64,000 bases of DNA from Candidatus Krumholzibacteriia bacterium (GCA_963836185.1 CAWIIQ010000002.1:256001-320000), one strand, 5' to 3'. Shown: positions 30,370-40,217, counted from the stretch's first letter. Numbers and translations: made by a program. Notes: generated by a model not told the origin, from the letters alone.

Positions 30370-31912
30370 ATGGCAAGAATCAAAAAAGAGATAGTGATCA
30401 ACTACACGAACAGGGAGGTTCGGATAGCGATCCTTGAAGACGGGGAACTCGTCGAGTTCCTCATCGAACGCGAGGAGAGCAGGCGGACCGTAGGCGGAAT
30501 ATACATGGGAAAGATCAACGCTGTGATTCCCGGTATACAGGCCGCCTTTGTCGATATCGGGCAGGAGAAGGCGGCATTTCTTCACGTCAGCGACGTGGCC
30601 ACGGGTTCGCTCGATCCCGACCTGATCGACATCGACGAGGATTTCGACTTCCAGAACAGCAGGCGGCGCCGGGAGTATCCGCCGATCGAGAACCTTCTGA
30701 AGAAGGGACAGGACCTGATCGTGCAGATCCGCAAGGAGGCGATCGGCACGAAGGGCCCGAGGATATCTTCCCAGCTCTCGCTCCCCGGAAGGTACGCCGT
30801 GCTGATGCCCAACCTCGACCATATAGGGATCAGCAAGCGGATCGAATCGCGCAAGGAGCGCCACAGGCTAAGGGACATCGTCCGCAAGAACAGGCCGAAG
30901 GGATGCGCCGTCATAGTCCGTACCGCCGGCAAGGGAGTCGATGACGACCAGCTCCGCGATGATATCCGCGGCCTCGAGAAGCGCTGGAAGGAAATCAAAA
31001 AGAAGATAGACAGGGCCGTACCGCCCTGCCTGATACACGAGGATGTCGATATCACAGTCTTCGCCATCCGCGACCTCTTCTCGAAAGACATCAACAGGAT
31101 CGTCATAGACAACGTCGATGAGCGCGACAGGCTGGGGAAGTATCTCAAGTCGTTCGCCCCGGAGCTCGCTTCGAAAGTCCAGCTCTACAAGGAAAAAGCG
31201 CCGATATTCGACTACTACGAGATCGAATCGGAGATCGAGAAGACCCTCGAGAGCAAGATCTGGCTGCGCAAGGGGGGGTACATCGTCATCGAGCATACCG
31301 AGGCGCTCGTCTCGATCGACGTCAACACGGGAAGGTTCACCGGACGCAAGAACCAGGAGGAGACTATCCTCGAGACGAACCTCATCGCCGCGCGCGAGAT
31401 CGGGCGCCAGTTACGGCTGAGGGATATAGGCGGGATCATCGTCGTCGATTTCATCGATATGGAGCGCGAGGAGAACCGCCGCAAGGTCTACAACGAGTTC
31501 CGTAACGCGATCCGCAAGGACCGCTCGAGGGCAAGGGTATCGCAGATCAGCGATCTCGGGTTGATCGAGCTGAGCCGCAAGCGTGTTCGTCCGAGCCTCC
31601 TTCACTATTACAGCGATGAATGCCCGTACTGCGCGGGGAGCGGAAAGATCCTCTCGATAGAATCGATGGCGATGAAGGTCGAGCACTGGCTCAGGCGCAT
31701 CGGCTCGCTCAAGAAGGTGACCGGCCTGCAGTTCAGGGTCAACCCGATGCTCGGGATCTTCCTGCGCGAGAACCGCGAGGAGAACCTCAGGGAGCTCTCC
31801 CAGCTGTACAGATCTCGAGATCGTGCTGATCGACGATCCGAGGATGCATCGCGAGGACTATGAGATATACTCGCTCGACGGGAAGCGGGATCTCAAAGCA
31901 GAGTTCGTTTAG
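30370..31912 (+). CDS. Rne/Rng family ribonuclease (frameshift near 31812)
   Basis: QAAFVDIG, KGPRIS, IDVNTG, RLRDIGGIIVVDFIDM, CPYCAGSG. The C-terminus continues in another frame to TAG at 31912. Confidence 0.93.
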
Positions 31913-31921
31913 AGAGCATCA

Positions 31922-31986
31922 ATCCCGGTTTTACCCTTCCGAATCCGGAGTGAGGACACACGGATTCTTCAGGGTAAAACCGGGAT
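31922..31986. repeat. Stem-loop element, copy 1
   Basis: Perfect 16-bp outer stem ATCCCGGTTTTACCCT / AGGGTAAAACCGGGAT; inner stem GAATCCG / CGGATTC. Confidence 0.85.
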
Positions 31987-32187
31987 ATTATTATCCCCAC
32001 ACATCCCCACCTCAAGATCCCCCTTCCCATCGCGCTCCCAACTGCCCAAAAGAAAAAAAACAAAAAATAAACCGGTGCCTGAAGAAAGGGGAGAGCCAGG
32101 ATGAATAAACATTGAATAAATCAATAACCTTTATAAGATGAGTCTACGAGGGTTCCCTGTTTTACTTTTATTATTGGAGGTTTCTGC

Positions 32188-33003
32188 ATGAGAAGAAAAG
32201 GCGTTCCGATGCTCGCCGCAATTTTCCTTATAGCTGTCTTCTTCTTTGTTTCAGCTCAGGATATATACGCCCAGGGAAAGAAACAAAAGGGTGAAAAGGG
32301 AAACGGCAAGGGGAAGAAAACCGAGGAAAAAGTCGAGGGAGAGGATAAATCGAAGGAGCAAGTTGGAGATTCTTTAAACACGAACAGTAAAAAAGGTCAT
32401 TATACACCGAAGAAACTGAAGGAAGAAAACAAGATGGAATGGGAGGGGGGCAATCCTCCTGGATGGTCAAAAGGCACTAAAACCGGCTGGGGAGAATCAG
32501 GAGCGCCTCCAGGCAAGACAAAGCAGGGCGACAAGAGTGGCAGAGAAAACGAGAAGCGATACCCACCTGGAGCGGAAGACTGGGACAAAGGAAAAAGGGA
32601 AGAGTGGGATAAGGACGTGGAGGCCGCGAAGGAACGAGTCCGGAAAAAGGCGCGTCAGCGGAAGGGAAGTGCTGAGGGAGACGAGGAGAGTGCCGTCAGG
32701 TCGGTCGAAGGAGCCGCGAGAGAAGGCGTTCCGGTTGAACAGGCCGAGAAAACCGTTGAAAAAGCGATTGACCGCGGCATGAAGGGTGAGGAGATCGAAA
32801 AAGTTACCCGTGCGATGTCTTATGGTGCTGATAATAATGTCGATTACGGGAAACTCGATTCCTTTGTTAAAAAGAAAATGGATTCGGGTGAGCACGGAGA
32901 CGAACTCGCTATTTCAATTTACAAGGAAGTCGACAGTGGAAACCTGGAGAAGGTCAAAGAGGAGAAAAAACCATGGTGGAAAAGGATCTTTAAAAGGGAT
33001 TGA
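32188..33003 (+). CDS. Exported hypothetical protein, K/E/G-rich
   Basis: RBS GGAGG; signal peptide; PPGW, PPGK and PPGA motifs; C-terminal KKPWWKRIFKRD. Confidence 0.8.
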   Translation: MRRKGVPMLAAIFLIAVFFFVSAQDIYAQGKKQKGEKGNGKGKKTEEKVEGEDKSKEQVGDSLNTNSKKGHYTPKKLKEENKMEWEGGNPPGWSKGTKTGWGESGAPPGKTKQGDKSGRENEKRYPPGAEDWDKGKREEWDKDVEAAKERVRKKARQRKGSAEGDEESAVRSVEGAAREGVPVEQAEKTVEKAIDRGMKGEEIEKVTRAMSYGADNNVDYGKLDSFVKKKMDSGEHGDELAISIYKEVDSGNLEKVKEEKKPWWKRIFKRD

Positions 33004-33025
33004 TCGTCAATAAGCCATGGGCAGA

Positions 33026-33094
33026 AAATTCCGGCATTACTCCTCCGGCTTCTGGGTGAGAACACACGGATTCTCTGGGGTAATGCCGGAATTT
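33026..33094. repeat. Stem-loop element, copy 2
   Basis: 18-bp outer stem AAATTCCGGCATTACTCC / GGGGTAATGCCGGAATTT; shares core GTGAGRACACACGGATTCT with copy 1. Confidence 0.85.
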
Positions 33095-33260
33095 CATTTG
33101 TCCCCCTGCGCTACCCATCCAAGCGAAGCGCGCCGGAAGGTGGAGAATAGTATTGAAATAGTTCTGAAGGCTGTCTTGCAATAATATCAGTGCGTTCACC
33201 GGATGCATGTTCCGGGGAACAGTCTTGCTGGAGGGGTTCCCCCTGGGAAAGAGAATCCAC

Positions 33261-34385
33261 ATGAAAATTCATAGTGCCGGAGTTCGTTCGATCTCCTGGA
33301 TGATGCTCGCGGCGCTCCTGTCGCAGGGATGCACGAGCTATCATAATTATGAACCGGGAAACGCGGGTGAGATCATAGAGGAAGTCAACACGAAGGGCGC
33401 CGAGCGGAAGTCAAGGATAGCCACGAATGATGGATATCTATATTCGGCGACGAAACTTCACATCAGGCCGGACTCTTCATTCTGGTATGCGGGCGAGGAT
33501 CTCCAGCCGATCAGTCGCCAGACTCCCGAAATAAACGAGGTGATATTAATCGATCGCTCGAAAGGCGCCGGCGAAGGATTCCTGCTGGCGGCCATCCCCA
33601 TAATAATCTTCACGGGAATAGTCGCAATTAACGCGAGCTTGAATCCCACGATGTGTGATGGGAGCGAATTCTGTATCGATCCGGAGCCGGACGCTATAGC
33701 AATGGCTGGCCTGGGTACGGCAGTCGTCGGCGGATTGCTGTTTGCTTCAGCAGGTTACCTGATCGGCCATCAAGACGTGTACAGGTTCTCTTCCGACGCG
33801 TACTGGACAGGCGTTCTGAAGCAATGGGGATTTAAGGCCGGGCGCACCTGGGCGACACAGAGCTGGGAAGGGAGCGCACCATCTTCCTGGTACAACCCGA
33901 ATAATGTGTCCTGGGAGCCTGGAATACATATTGGATGTTATGCCGAGTGGTTTGACTATCAGAATTTCAGTATTACGACAGGCGTGAATTATGAGGAGAA
34001 AGGATTCGAATACTACGTCGGTGAGCGGCAGGCGGCGGTTCATTCGAGATATTCCTACATCTCACTGCCGATAGCCGTAAAATATTCGATCAGACGCGGC
34101 TTTGTAAGGCCGTACATCCTTGGCGGCCCCAGGATCGACTTTTTTACGGGCAGCGCTGATGACGACTGGGGAGTGGCATCAAGCTATAATGATTTTATTT
34201 TCGGCCTGTCATACGGCGGAGGGATCGAGTTCTGGTCGGATAAGAAGAGAAGTATATTCCTGGAATGTATATACAATCAGGATCTGACCTACGCCAGTGA
34301 AGCAGAACCTCTTTATCCCCCCGGCACCTCTGTGAAGATCAAAAACGAATCGGTCAACCTTTCCCTTGGAATAGGATTCAACTGA
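33261..34385 (+). CDS. Lipoprotein-like N-domain fused to a PorT-like outer-membrane beta-barrel
   Basis: LLSQGC; two hydrophobic Gly-rich helices; WGFKAG...YISLPIAVKY...RPYILGGP...SVNLSLGIGFN. Confidence 0.7.
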   Translation: MKIHSAGVRSISWMMLAALLSQGCTSYHNYEPGNAGEIIEEVNTKGAERKSRIATNDGYLYSATKLHIRPDSSFWYAGEDLQPISRQTPEINEVILIDRSKGAGEGFLLAAIPIIIFTGIVAINASLNPTMCDGSEFCIDPEPDAIAMAGLGTAVVGGLLFASAGYLIGHQDVYRFSSDAYWTGVLKQWGFKAGRTWATQSWEGSAPSSWYNPNNVSWEPGIHIGCYAEWFDYQNFSITTGVNYEEKGFEYYVGERQAAVHSRYSYISLPIAVKYSIRRGFVRPYILGGPRIDFFTGSADDDWGVASSYNDFIFGLSYGGGIEFWSDKKRSIFLECIYNQDLTYASEAEPLYPPGTSVKIKNESVNLSLGIGFN

Positions 34386-34559
34386 TACCCCGCACATGCT
34401 CGGGGACCTGATTTTTGATAATCTACGAAAAACCCTTTGTATTTATCAGTAATGATTCTAAACTGGCCGCATAGCTGGCTGCCACCTTGTTCCAGGTGAT
34501 GGGGTTTAGTTCTAAACGGGGTTTCCATATTCACTGCAGTTCAGCGGAAAGGAGAGGTT

Positions 34560-35264
34560 ATGCCTCTATCCAGGCGTCTGGGGGCGGAGTTTATCGGGAC
34601 CTTCTGGCTCGTCTTCGGTGGATGCGGCAGCGCCGTGCTGGCGGCGGCATTCCCCGGGTTCGGGATCGGTTTCGTAGGGGTCTCGCTGGCCTTCGGCTTT
34701 ACGGTCCTGACGATGGCATACGCGATCGGGCACGTATCGGGGTGCCATCTCAATCCGGCCGTATCGTTCGGCCTGTGGGCCGGCAAGCGGTTCGACGGGA
34801 AGGACCTGCTTCCCTACATCATCGCCCAGGTCCTCGGCGCTATCGCGGCCGCGGCTGTGCTGTACGTGATCGCCTCGGGCAAGGCGGGGTTTGAGATAGG
34901 CGGATTCGCGGCCAACGGTTACGCGGAGCATTCACCCGGCGGGTATTCGATGCTCGCGGCGCTCGTAGCGGAGGTCGTCCTGACATTCATGTTCCTCTTC
35001 ATAATCCTCGGCGCTACGGATGAGAGGGCCCCGAAGGGTTTTGCGCCGATAGCGATCGGCCTCGCGCTGACTTTGATCCACCTGATAAGCATCCCCGTGA
35101 CGAATACCTCGGTCAATCCCGCGAGAAGCACCGGACCGGCGCTCTTCGCTGGTGGCTGGGCACTCTCGCAGCTCTGGCTCTTCTGGGTCGCTCCGATAGT
35201 CGGAGGGATACTGGCAGGGTTTGTCTACCCGCGTGTGACTGGTGAAAAGACAGGCACTGAGTAA
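34560..35264 (+). CDS. aqpZ: Aquaporin Z
   Basis: [39 protein letters not shown]. Confidence 0.97.
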   Translation: MPLSRRLGAEFIGTFWLVFGGCGSAVLAAAFPGFGIGFVGVSLAFGFTVLTMAYAIGHVSGCHLNPAVSFGLWAGKRFDGKDLLPYIIAQVLGAIAAAAVLYVIASGKAGFEIGGFAANGYAEHSPGGYSMLAALVAEVVLTFMFLFIILGATDERAPKGFAPIAIGLALTLIHLISIPVTNTSVNPARSTGPALFAGGWALSQLWLFWVAPIVGGILAGFVYPRVTGEKTGTE

Positions 35265-35276
35265 AGGAGACACAGG

Positions 35277-35519
35277 ATGAATTTCCTTCTCTGGATAATA
35301 ATAGGCGCCCTGGCGGGCTGGATCGCCGGCAGGATAATGAAGGGAAGAGGGTTCGGGCCCCTCGGCAACATCATGATCGGTATCATCGGCAGTATTCTCG
35401 GAGGATGGGTCTTCGGGCTCTTCGGGATAACGGCCGGAGGCATAATCGGCTCGCTGGTGACAGCGGTAGTAGGCGCGGTGATACTGCTCTGGATCGTTGG
35501 GCTGGTCAAAAAGAAGTAG
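35277..35519 (+). CDS. GlsB/YeaQ/YmgE family stress-response membrane protein
   Basis: WIIIGALAGWIAGRIM...NIMIGIIGSILGG...AVVGAVILL. Confidence 0.93.
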   Translation: MNFLLWIIIGALAGWIAGRIMKGRGFGPLGNIMIGIIGSILGGWVFGLFGITAGGIIGSLVTAVVGAVILLWIVGLVKKK

Positions 35520-35559
35520 TTCGCCCGTATCGGAAAACAAGGTAAGGAAGGATAGAAAT

Positions 35560-36489
35560 ATGAGATTCGTTTCCACAGTACTACTGGTCGCTCTCTTGTT
35601 CATCACACTGGCGGCTCCGGCCTCGTTCGCAGGCAAAGACAAGGACAAGCCCGACAGCAAGGCCCTCTGCTGGATGATCTGGCCCTGGCCGTTCACCGAC
35701 CCGTGCGCAAGCTGCAATGACTCAGATGGCGACGGTGTATGCGACCACGAAGATGTCTGCCTGGAAACTCCGGCGGGAGTCAAGGTCGACAGCTATGGAT
35801 GCCCGGTCGACACGGACGGCGACGGTGTCTGGGATACGTTTGATAAATGCCCAGGCACACCGAAAGGCGCGAAGGTCGACAAGAAAGGCTGTCCGCGCGA
35901 TTCGGACGGAGACGGTGTCTTTGACGGTATCGATAAGTGCCCCGACACCCCGAAAGGGGCCGAAGTAGACAGGAAGGGCTGCCCAATCGACAGTGACGAA
36001 GACGGTGTATATGACGGGCTCGACAAGTGTCCCGATACGAACAAGCGGACCAAGGTCGACAAGGACGGGTGCCCTGTCAAGGTGAGCGAGGCCGCCTACG
36101 AATTCTTCAACACCGGCCTTTTCTCGACATCTGATATCGTGTTTGATGTCAGCAAGGCCGACCTGAAACCGGAGTCGAAGGGACTTCTCGACAAGATCGG
36201 GAAGGTCCTCTCCGAGTGGCCCGAGGCGGAGATCGAGATCGGCGGGCATACCGATTCATCCGGGTCGGAGAGCTTCAACCAGAAACTCTCCGAGGACCGC
36301 GCAAAATCGGTCAGGGAATATCTCCTGGAGAATTTCCCGAAGCTGAACCCCTCGTATCTCAAATCGGCAGGGTACGGCGAAAACAAGCCCGTAGCCTCGA
36401 ATGACACCGAGGAGGGCAAGAAGGAGAATCGTCGGGTAGAGTTCAAGATATTGAACCAGGAGGAGCTGAAACGCCCGGTTAAGGAGTAA
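35560..36489 (+). CDS. OmpA-family peptidoglycan-binding protein with thrombospondin type 3-like repeats
   Basis: Signal peptide; four 30-aa repeats DxDGDGVxDxxDKCPxTP...GCP (35716-36075); IEIGGHTDS, LSEDRA, NRRVEF. Confidence 0.92.
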   Translation: MRFVSTVLLVALLFITLAAPASFAGKDKDKPDSKALCWMIWPWPFTDPCASCNDSDGDGVCDHEDVCLETPAGVKVDSYGCPVDTDGDGVWDTFDKCPGTPKGAKVDKKGCPRDSDGDGVFDGIDKCPDTPKGAEVDRKGCPIDSDEDGVYDGLDKCPDTNKRTKVDKDGCPVKVSEAAYEFFNTGLFSTSDIVFDVSKADLKPESKGLLDKIGKVLSEWPEAEIEIGGHTDSSGSESFNQKLSEDRAKSVREYLLENFPKLNPSYLKSAGYGENKPVASNDTEEGKKENRRVEFKILNQEELKRPVKE

Positions 36490-36527
36490 TTCGTCCGTTA
36501 AGTCAAGTGTAAATTGATGTTACGCTT

Positions 36528-36595
36528 GTGAAGGGCAGGCCCGTTGAAACCCTCGGTTCCTCCGGGGTTTCTGAGGGCCTGCCCTTCACTCTTTC
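36528..36595 (+). terminator. Long stem-loop after the OmpA-family gene
   Basis: 15-bp outer stem GTGAAGGGCAGGCCC / GGGCCTGCCCTTCAC plus an inner stem, followed by TCTTTC. Confidence 0.65.
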
Positions 36596-36608
36596 AGCTC
36601 ATTTCCAC

Positions 36609-36637
36609 TTGACTTACCGGGCTTAGTACGTTATATC
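36609..36637 (+). promoter_or_regulatory. sigma70-type promoter of rplU-rpmA
   Basis: TTGACT-N17-TATATC. Confidence 0.55.
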
Positions 36638-36672
36638 TATATCTCTTTGGCATTTTCAGGAGGTTCGGAGAA

Positions 36673-36984
36673 GTGTACGCGGTCGTAAATCTGGCCGGAA
36701 AACAGTTTACTGTAAGGCCTGACGAGAATATTCGGGTTCCGCTCCTCGACGTCGAGGTCGGAAGCGTGATCCAGTGCGACGACGTGCTTCTCTATTCAGA
36801 CGGTGATGACGTGCGTGTCGGACAGCCCACGGTCGATGGTATCAAGGTGACCGCCGAGGTCGTCGAGCACGGCAGGGAAAAGAAGATCATCGTCTTCAAG
36901 ATGAAGCGCAGGAAAGGGTACCGTCGCAAGAACGGTCATCGCCAGGGTTTCACCCTGATCAAGATAAAGGATATTTCGGCATAA
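36673..36984 (+). CDS. rplU: 50S ribosomal protein L21
   Basis: [12 protein letters not shown]...[21 protein letters not shown]. Confidence 0.97.
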   Translation: MYAVVNLAGKQFTVRPDENIRVPLLDVEVGSVIQCDDVLLYSDGDDVRVGQPTVDGIKVTAEVVEHGREKKIIVFKMKRRKGYRRKNGHRQGFTLIKIKDISA

Positions 36985-36997
36985 CAGGAGTAGCGTA

Positions 36998-37255
36998 ATG
37001 GCTCACAAAAAAGGCGTTGGAAGTTCCAAGAACGGTCGTGACAGCAATGCAAACCGGCTCGGCGTAAAGGCGCCCTCGGGACGCACGGTCGCGGCGGGAA
37101 CTATCATAATCCGCCAGAGGGGCACCAGGATCCATCCCGGCCTCAACGTGGCAAAGGGTGGAGACGATACGCTGTACGCGCTGATAGACGGCAAGGTGCA
37201 GTTCGAGCGCTTTGGCAAGTCGAAGAAAAAGGTCAGCGTCTACGCGCAGAATTAA
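36998..37255 (+). CDS. rpmA: 50S ribosomal protein L27
   Basis: [23 protein letters not shown]. Confidence 0.98.
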   Translation: MAHKKGVGSSKNGRDSNANRLGVKAPSGRTVAAGTIIIRQRGTRIHPGLNVAKGGDDTLYALIDGKVQFERFGKSKKKVSVYAQN

Positions 37256-37270
37256 AGCCGACAGGCTTGA

Positions 37271-37299
37271 TTGACAGCCCCGCGGCTATCGTGTAAGTT
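37271..37299 (+). promoter_or_regulatory. sigma70-type promoter
   Basis: TTGACA-N17-TAAGTT. Confidence 0.6.
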
Positions 37300-37345
37300 A
37301 TGGAGAGTCCGGACAGGTAAGACTGTCGGACCCTCCATTTTTTTT
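37300..37345 (+). terminator. Intrinsic terminator of rplU-rpmA
   Basis: ATGGAG.GTCC.GACAG pairs with CTGTC.GGAC.CTCCAT; the stem ends in a run of 8 T. Confidence 0.8.
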
Positions 37346-37368
37346 GTCCGAAACAGGGAGTATGAACG

Positions 37369-38025
37369 ATGAAACTCAGGTACCTCGGGCATGCCGCCTT
37401 CGAGCTCGAACTCGATGATGGACGCAAGATCGTCTTCGACCCTTATGAATCCGGGTCGTACGATGGCGCCCTCGCCTTCGGCCCGATCGAGGGGTCTCAT
37501 GATATCGCCGTCGTGAGCCACGACCATCCCGATCACAGGTTCGAGGGTGTCACCTCCCGGGCCGGCACGATATGGGACAGGGCCGGCGAGACCGATATCG
37601 GCGGCGTCAGGATAACGTCGATCCCGACATTCCACGATGAGACCGAAGGAAGCGAACGGGGGACGAACCTGATCTCGATCGTCGAGGCTGACGGTGTGAG
37701 AGTCGCCCATCTCGGCGACCTCGGCCATGCGATCACGAAAGCTGATGTGCCGGCGCTCGAGGGAGTGGACGTCATGATCATCCCGGTCGGCGGGTATTTC
37801 ACGATCGACGCGGCCACGGCGAAAGGGATCGTCGGCGAGTTCTCGCCGAAGATCGTCGTTCCGATGCACTACAAGTCGGGGAAATGCGGATTTCCGATAG
37901 CGCCCGTCGATGATTTTACTATGTTAATGGGAGATTTCAATGAAGCGGGAGGCAGCGAGCTCGACCTGACGGCCGGATCGCTGCCGGAGAATCAGAAGGT
38001 AATGATCCTCGATCCGGCTCTTTAG
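37369..38025 (+). CDS. MBL-fold metallo-hydrolase
   Basis: YLGHAAF, VSHDHPDH, FHD, HLGDLG, PMHY. Confidence 0.92.
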   Translation: MKLRYLGHAAFELELDDGRKIVFDPYESGSYDGALAFGPIEGSHDIAVVSHDHPDHRFEGVTSRAGTIWDRAGETDIGGVRITSIPTFHDETEGSERGTNLISIVEADGVRVAHLGDLGHAITKADVPALEGVDVMIIPVGGYFTIDAATAKGIVGEFSPKIVVPMHYKSGKCGFPIAPVDDFTMLMGDFNEAGGSELDLTAGSLPENQKVMILDPAL

Positions 38026-38048
38026 CCGGAAGAAAGAAGGAAACGCAG

Positions 38049-38893
38049 ATGAGGGAGATCGAGGCCTCGAGAGATAACGGAAGAAGTGGCGCGCCTGTGC
38101 ATGGAGGCGAACTTCGAGCTCGAGGATGACGTGCAGAAGGCCCTCGAAAAGGCTCACGAGGCGGAAGAATCGCCCGCGGGCAAGGAGGTCCTCAGGCAGA
38201 TCATCGAGAACTCGGGTATAGCGAGGGGCGAGAGGATGCCGATGTGCCAGGACACCGGCCTGGCTGTCATCTTCGCCGAGGTAGGGCAGGACCTGCACAT
38301 CGCAGGCGGCGGTTTCGAGGACGCCATCAACGCGGGCGTCAGGAAGGGCTATACCGACGGGTACCTTCGCAAGTCGGTCCTCGCCGATCCGGTCAAGGGC
38401 GGCAATACCGGGGACAACACACCGGCCGTCATCCATACGACGATCGTGCCGGGTGAGGAGCTCAAGCTCTGGGTCGTTCCCAAGGGGGGCGGCAGCGAGA
38501 ACATGAGCCGCATCGCCATGATGAAGCCTGCCGACGGCATCGAGGGCATCAAGAAGTTCGTCGTGGAGAACGTCAAGTCCGCCTCGGGCAATCCCTGCCC
38601 GCCGATCATCGTCGGCGTCGGCATCGGGGGGACCTTCGAGAGATGCGCGCAGCTGGCGAAGAAGGCGCTGCTCCGGGAGATCGGCTCGCACGCATCCCGA
38701 CGAGCTCTATGCCGGGCTGGAAAAGGAACTGCTCAAGATGGTAAACGATCTCGGCGTCGGCCCGATGGGGCTCGGCGGCCGGACGACGGCGCTCGCCGTC
38801 CACATCGAGGCGGCCCCGAGGCATATCGCCTCGTTCCCGGTATCGATGAACATCAACTGTCACGCCGCTAGGCACAAATATATCGAGCTGTAG
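38049..38893 (+). CDS. Class I fumarate hydratase/tartrate dehydratase alpha subunit (frameshifts near 38070 and 38690)
   Basis: PMCQDTG, GYLRKSV, NTGDNTPA, PKGGGSEN, GNPCPP. The C-terminal GPMGLGG...NCHAARH is in another frame. Confidence 0.9.
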
Positions 38894-38913
38894 AGAGAAG
38901 GAGCGATCCGGAA

Positions 38914-39465
38914 ATGGCAGATTATTCACTTACCACCCCGCTCAGCGACGAGGACGTCAAGAAGCTGAAGGCGGGAGATACGGTGAAGCTCACCGGGACG
39001 ATCTACACTGCCCGCGATGCCGCGCACGCGAGGCTTGTCGACCTTCTCGATGAAGGGAAAGAGCTTCCCATCCCCCTCGAGGGACAGATCATCTACTACG
39101 TCGGCCCGTCGCCGACGCCGCCGGGAAAGCCGATCGGATCGGCCGGCCCGACGACGAGCTACCGCATGGATCCCTACGCCCCCGCCCTGCTCGACCAGGG
39201 GCTCAAGGGGATGATCGGCAAGGGCGGCCGCAACGAAGAAGTCGTCAAGGCGATGGAGAGGAACACGGCCGTATATTTTGTCGCTACGGGCGGGGCCGCG
39301 GCGCTCATATCGCGCAGCATAACCGCAGCTGAGATAGTCGCTTACGAGGATCTCGGCGCTGAGGCGATCAGGAAGCTGACTGTCGAGGGATTTCCCGTGA
39401 TAGTCGCCCAGGACTGCCACGGCGGGAACGTTTACGAAGAGGGCCAGGCGAAGTACGCGAGATGA
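38914..39465 (+). CDS. Class I fumarate hydratase/tartrate dehydratase beta subunit
   Basis: TARDAAHARL, GSAGPTTSYRMD, MIGKG. Confidence 0.93.
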   Translation: MADYSLTTPLSDEDVKKLKAGDTVKLTGTIYTARDAAHARLVDLLDEGKELPIPLEGQIIYYVGPSPTPPGKPIGSAGPTTSYRMDPYAPALLDQGLKGMIGKGGRNEEVVKAMERNTAVYFVATGGAAALISRSITAAEIVAYEDLGAEAIRKLTVEGFPVIVAQDCHGGNVYEEGQAKYAR

Positions 39466-39496
39466 CCGGGTGATCCGGCAATAAAAGGAGAAGGCT

Positions 39497-40217
39497 CTGG
39501 CAACGAAAGTACTCGCGGTCATACCGGCCCGTTACGGGTCGACCCGCTTTCCCGGCAAACCGCTGGCGAAGATCGCCGGGCTGCCGATGATCCTGCATGT
39601 CACCCGGCGCGTCTCGGGGATAAGGGGTATCGAGAAGGTGATCGTCGCCACTGACGACGAGCGCATCATGGAAGTCGTCACCGCCGACGGCCACCTGGCG
39701 GAGATGACTTCGAAGCGTCACCGGACCGGCACCGCCCGAGTCGCCGAGGTGGCCGCGCGTCACAGCTGCAGCATCGTGGTAAATGTCCAGGGCGATGAGC
39801 CACTGCTTCCATCTGCCGCCGTCGAGAGGCTGGTGGCGAGTCATGCGAGCCGATCACAAACTGCTGATGGCGACTCTGGCCACCACGGGAAGCGGCGCGG
39901 CCGAGATCAACAGGCCCGACGTCGTCAAGGTCGCCGTCGACCGCGAAGGGTACGCGATGTATTTCTCGCGCTCGCCCGTCCCTCACGGTACCGACAAGTT
40001 CCTCCACCATATCGGCATCTATGCCTTCAGGCGGAAATTCCTGCTCGGATACGATGAGATGCCGAAGGGGCCGTTCGAGAAAGCGGAGGGCCTCGAGCAG
40101 CTCAGGGCCCTGGAAAACGGGTTCAGAATACGCGTTATGCCATGCAGGGCGCGGTCTTTCGGCGTTGACAGGCCGGAAGACATAAAAAGAGTTGAAAAAA
40201 GACTGGCCAGCCGTTAA
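39497..40217 (+). CDS. kdsB: 3-deoxy-manno-octulosonate cytidylyltransferase (frameshift near 39840)
   Basis: [16 protein letters not shown] upstream of the called ORF; [31 protein letters not shown]. Confidence 0.93.

Noticed and set aside
31922-33094. Canonical integron attC sites
   Set aside because: There are no RYYYAAC/GTTRRRY boxes and no intI in the window.
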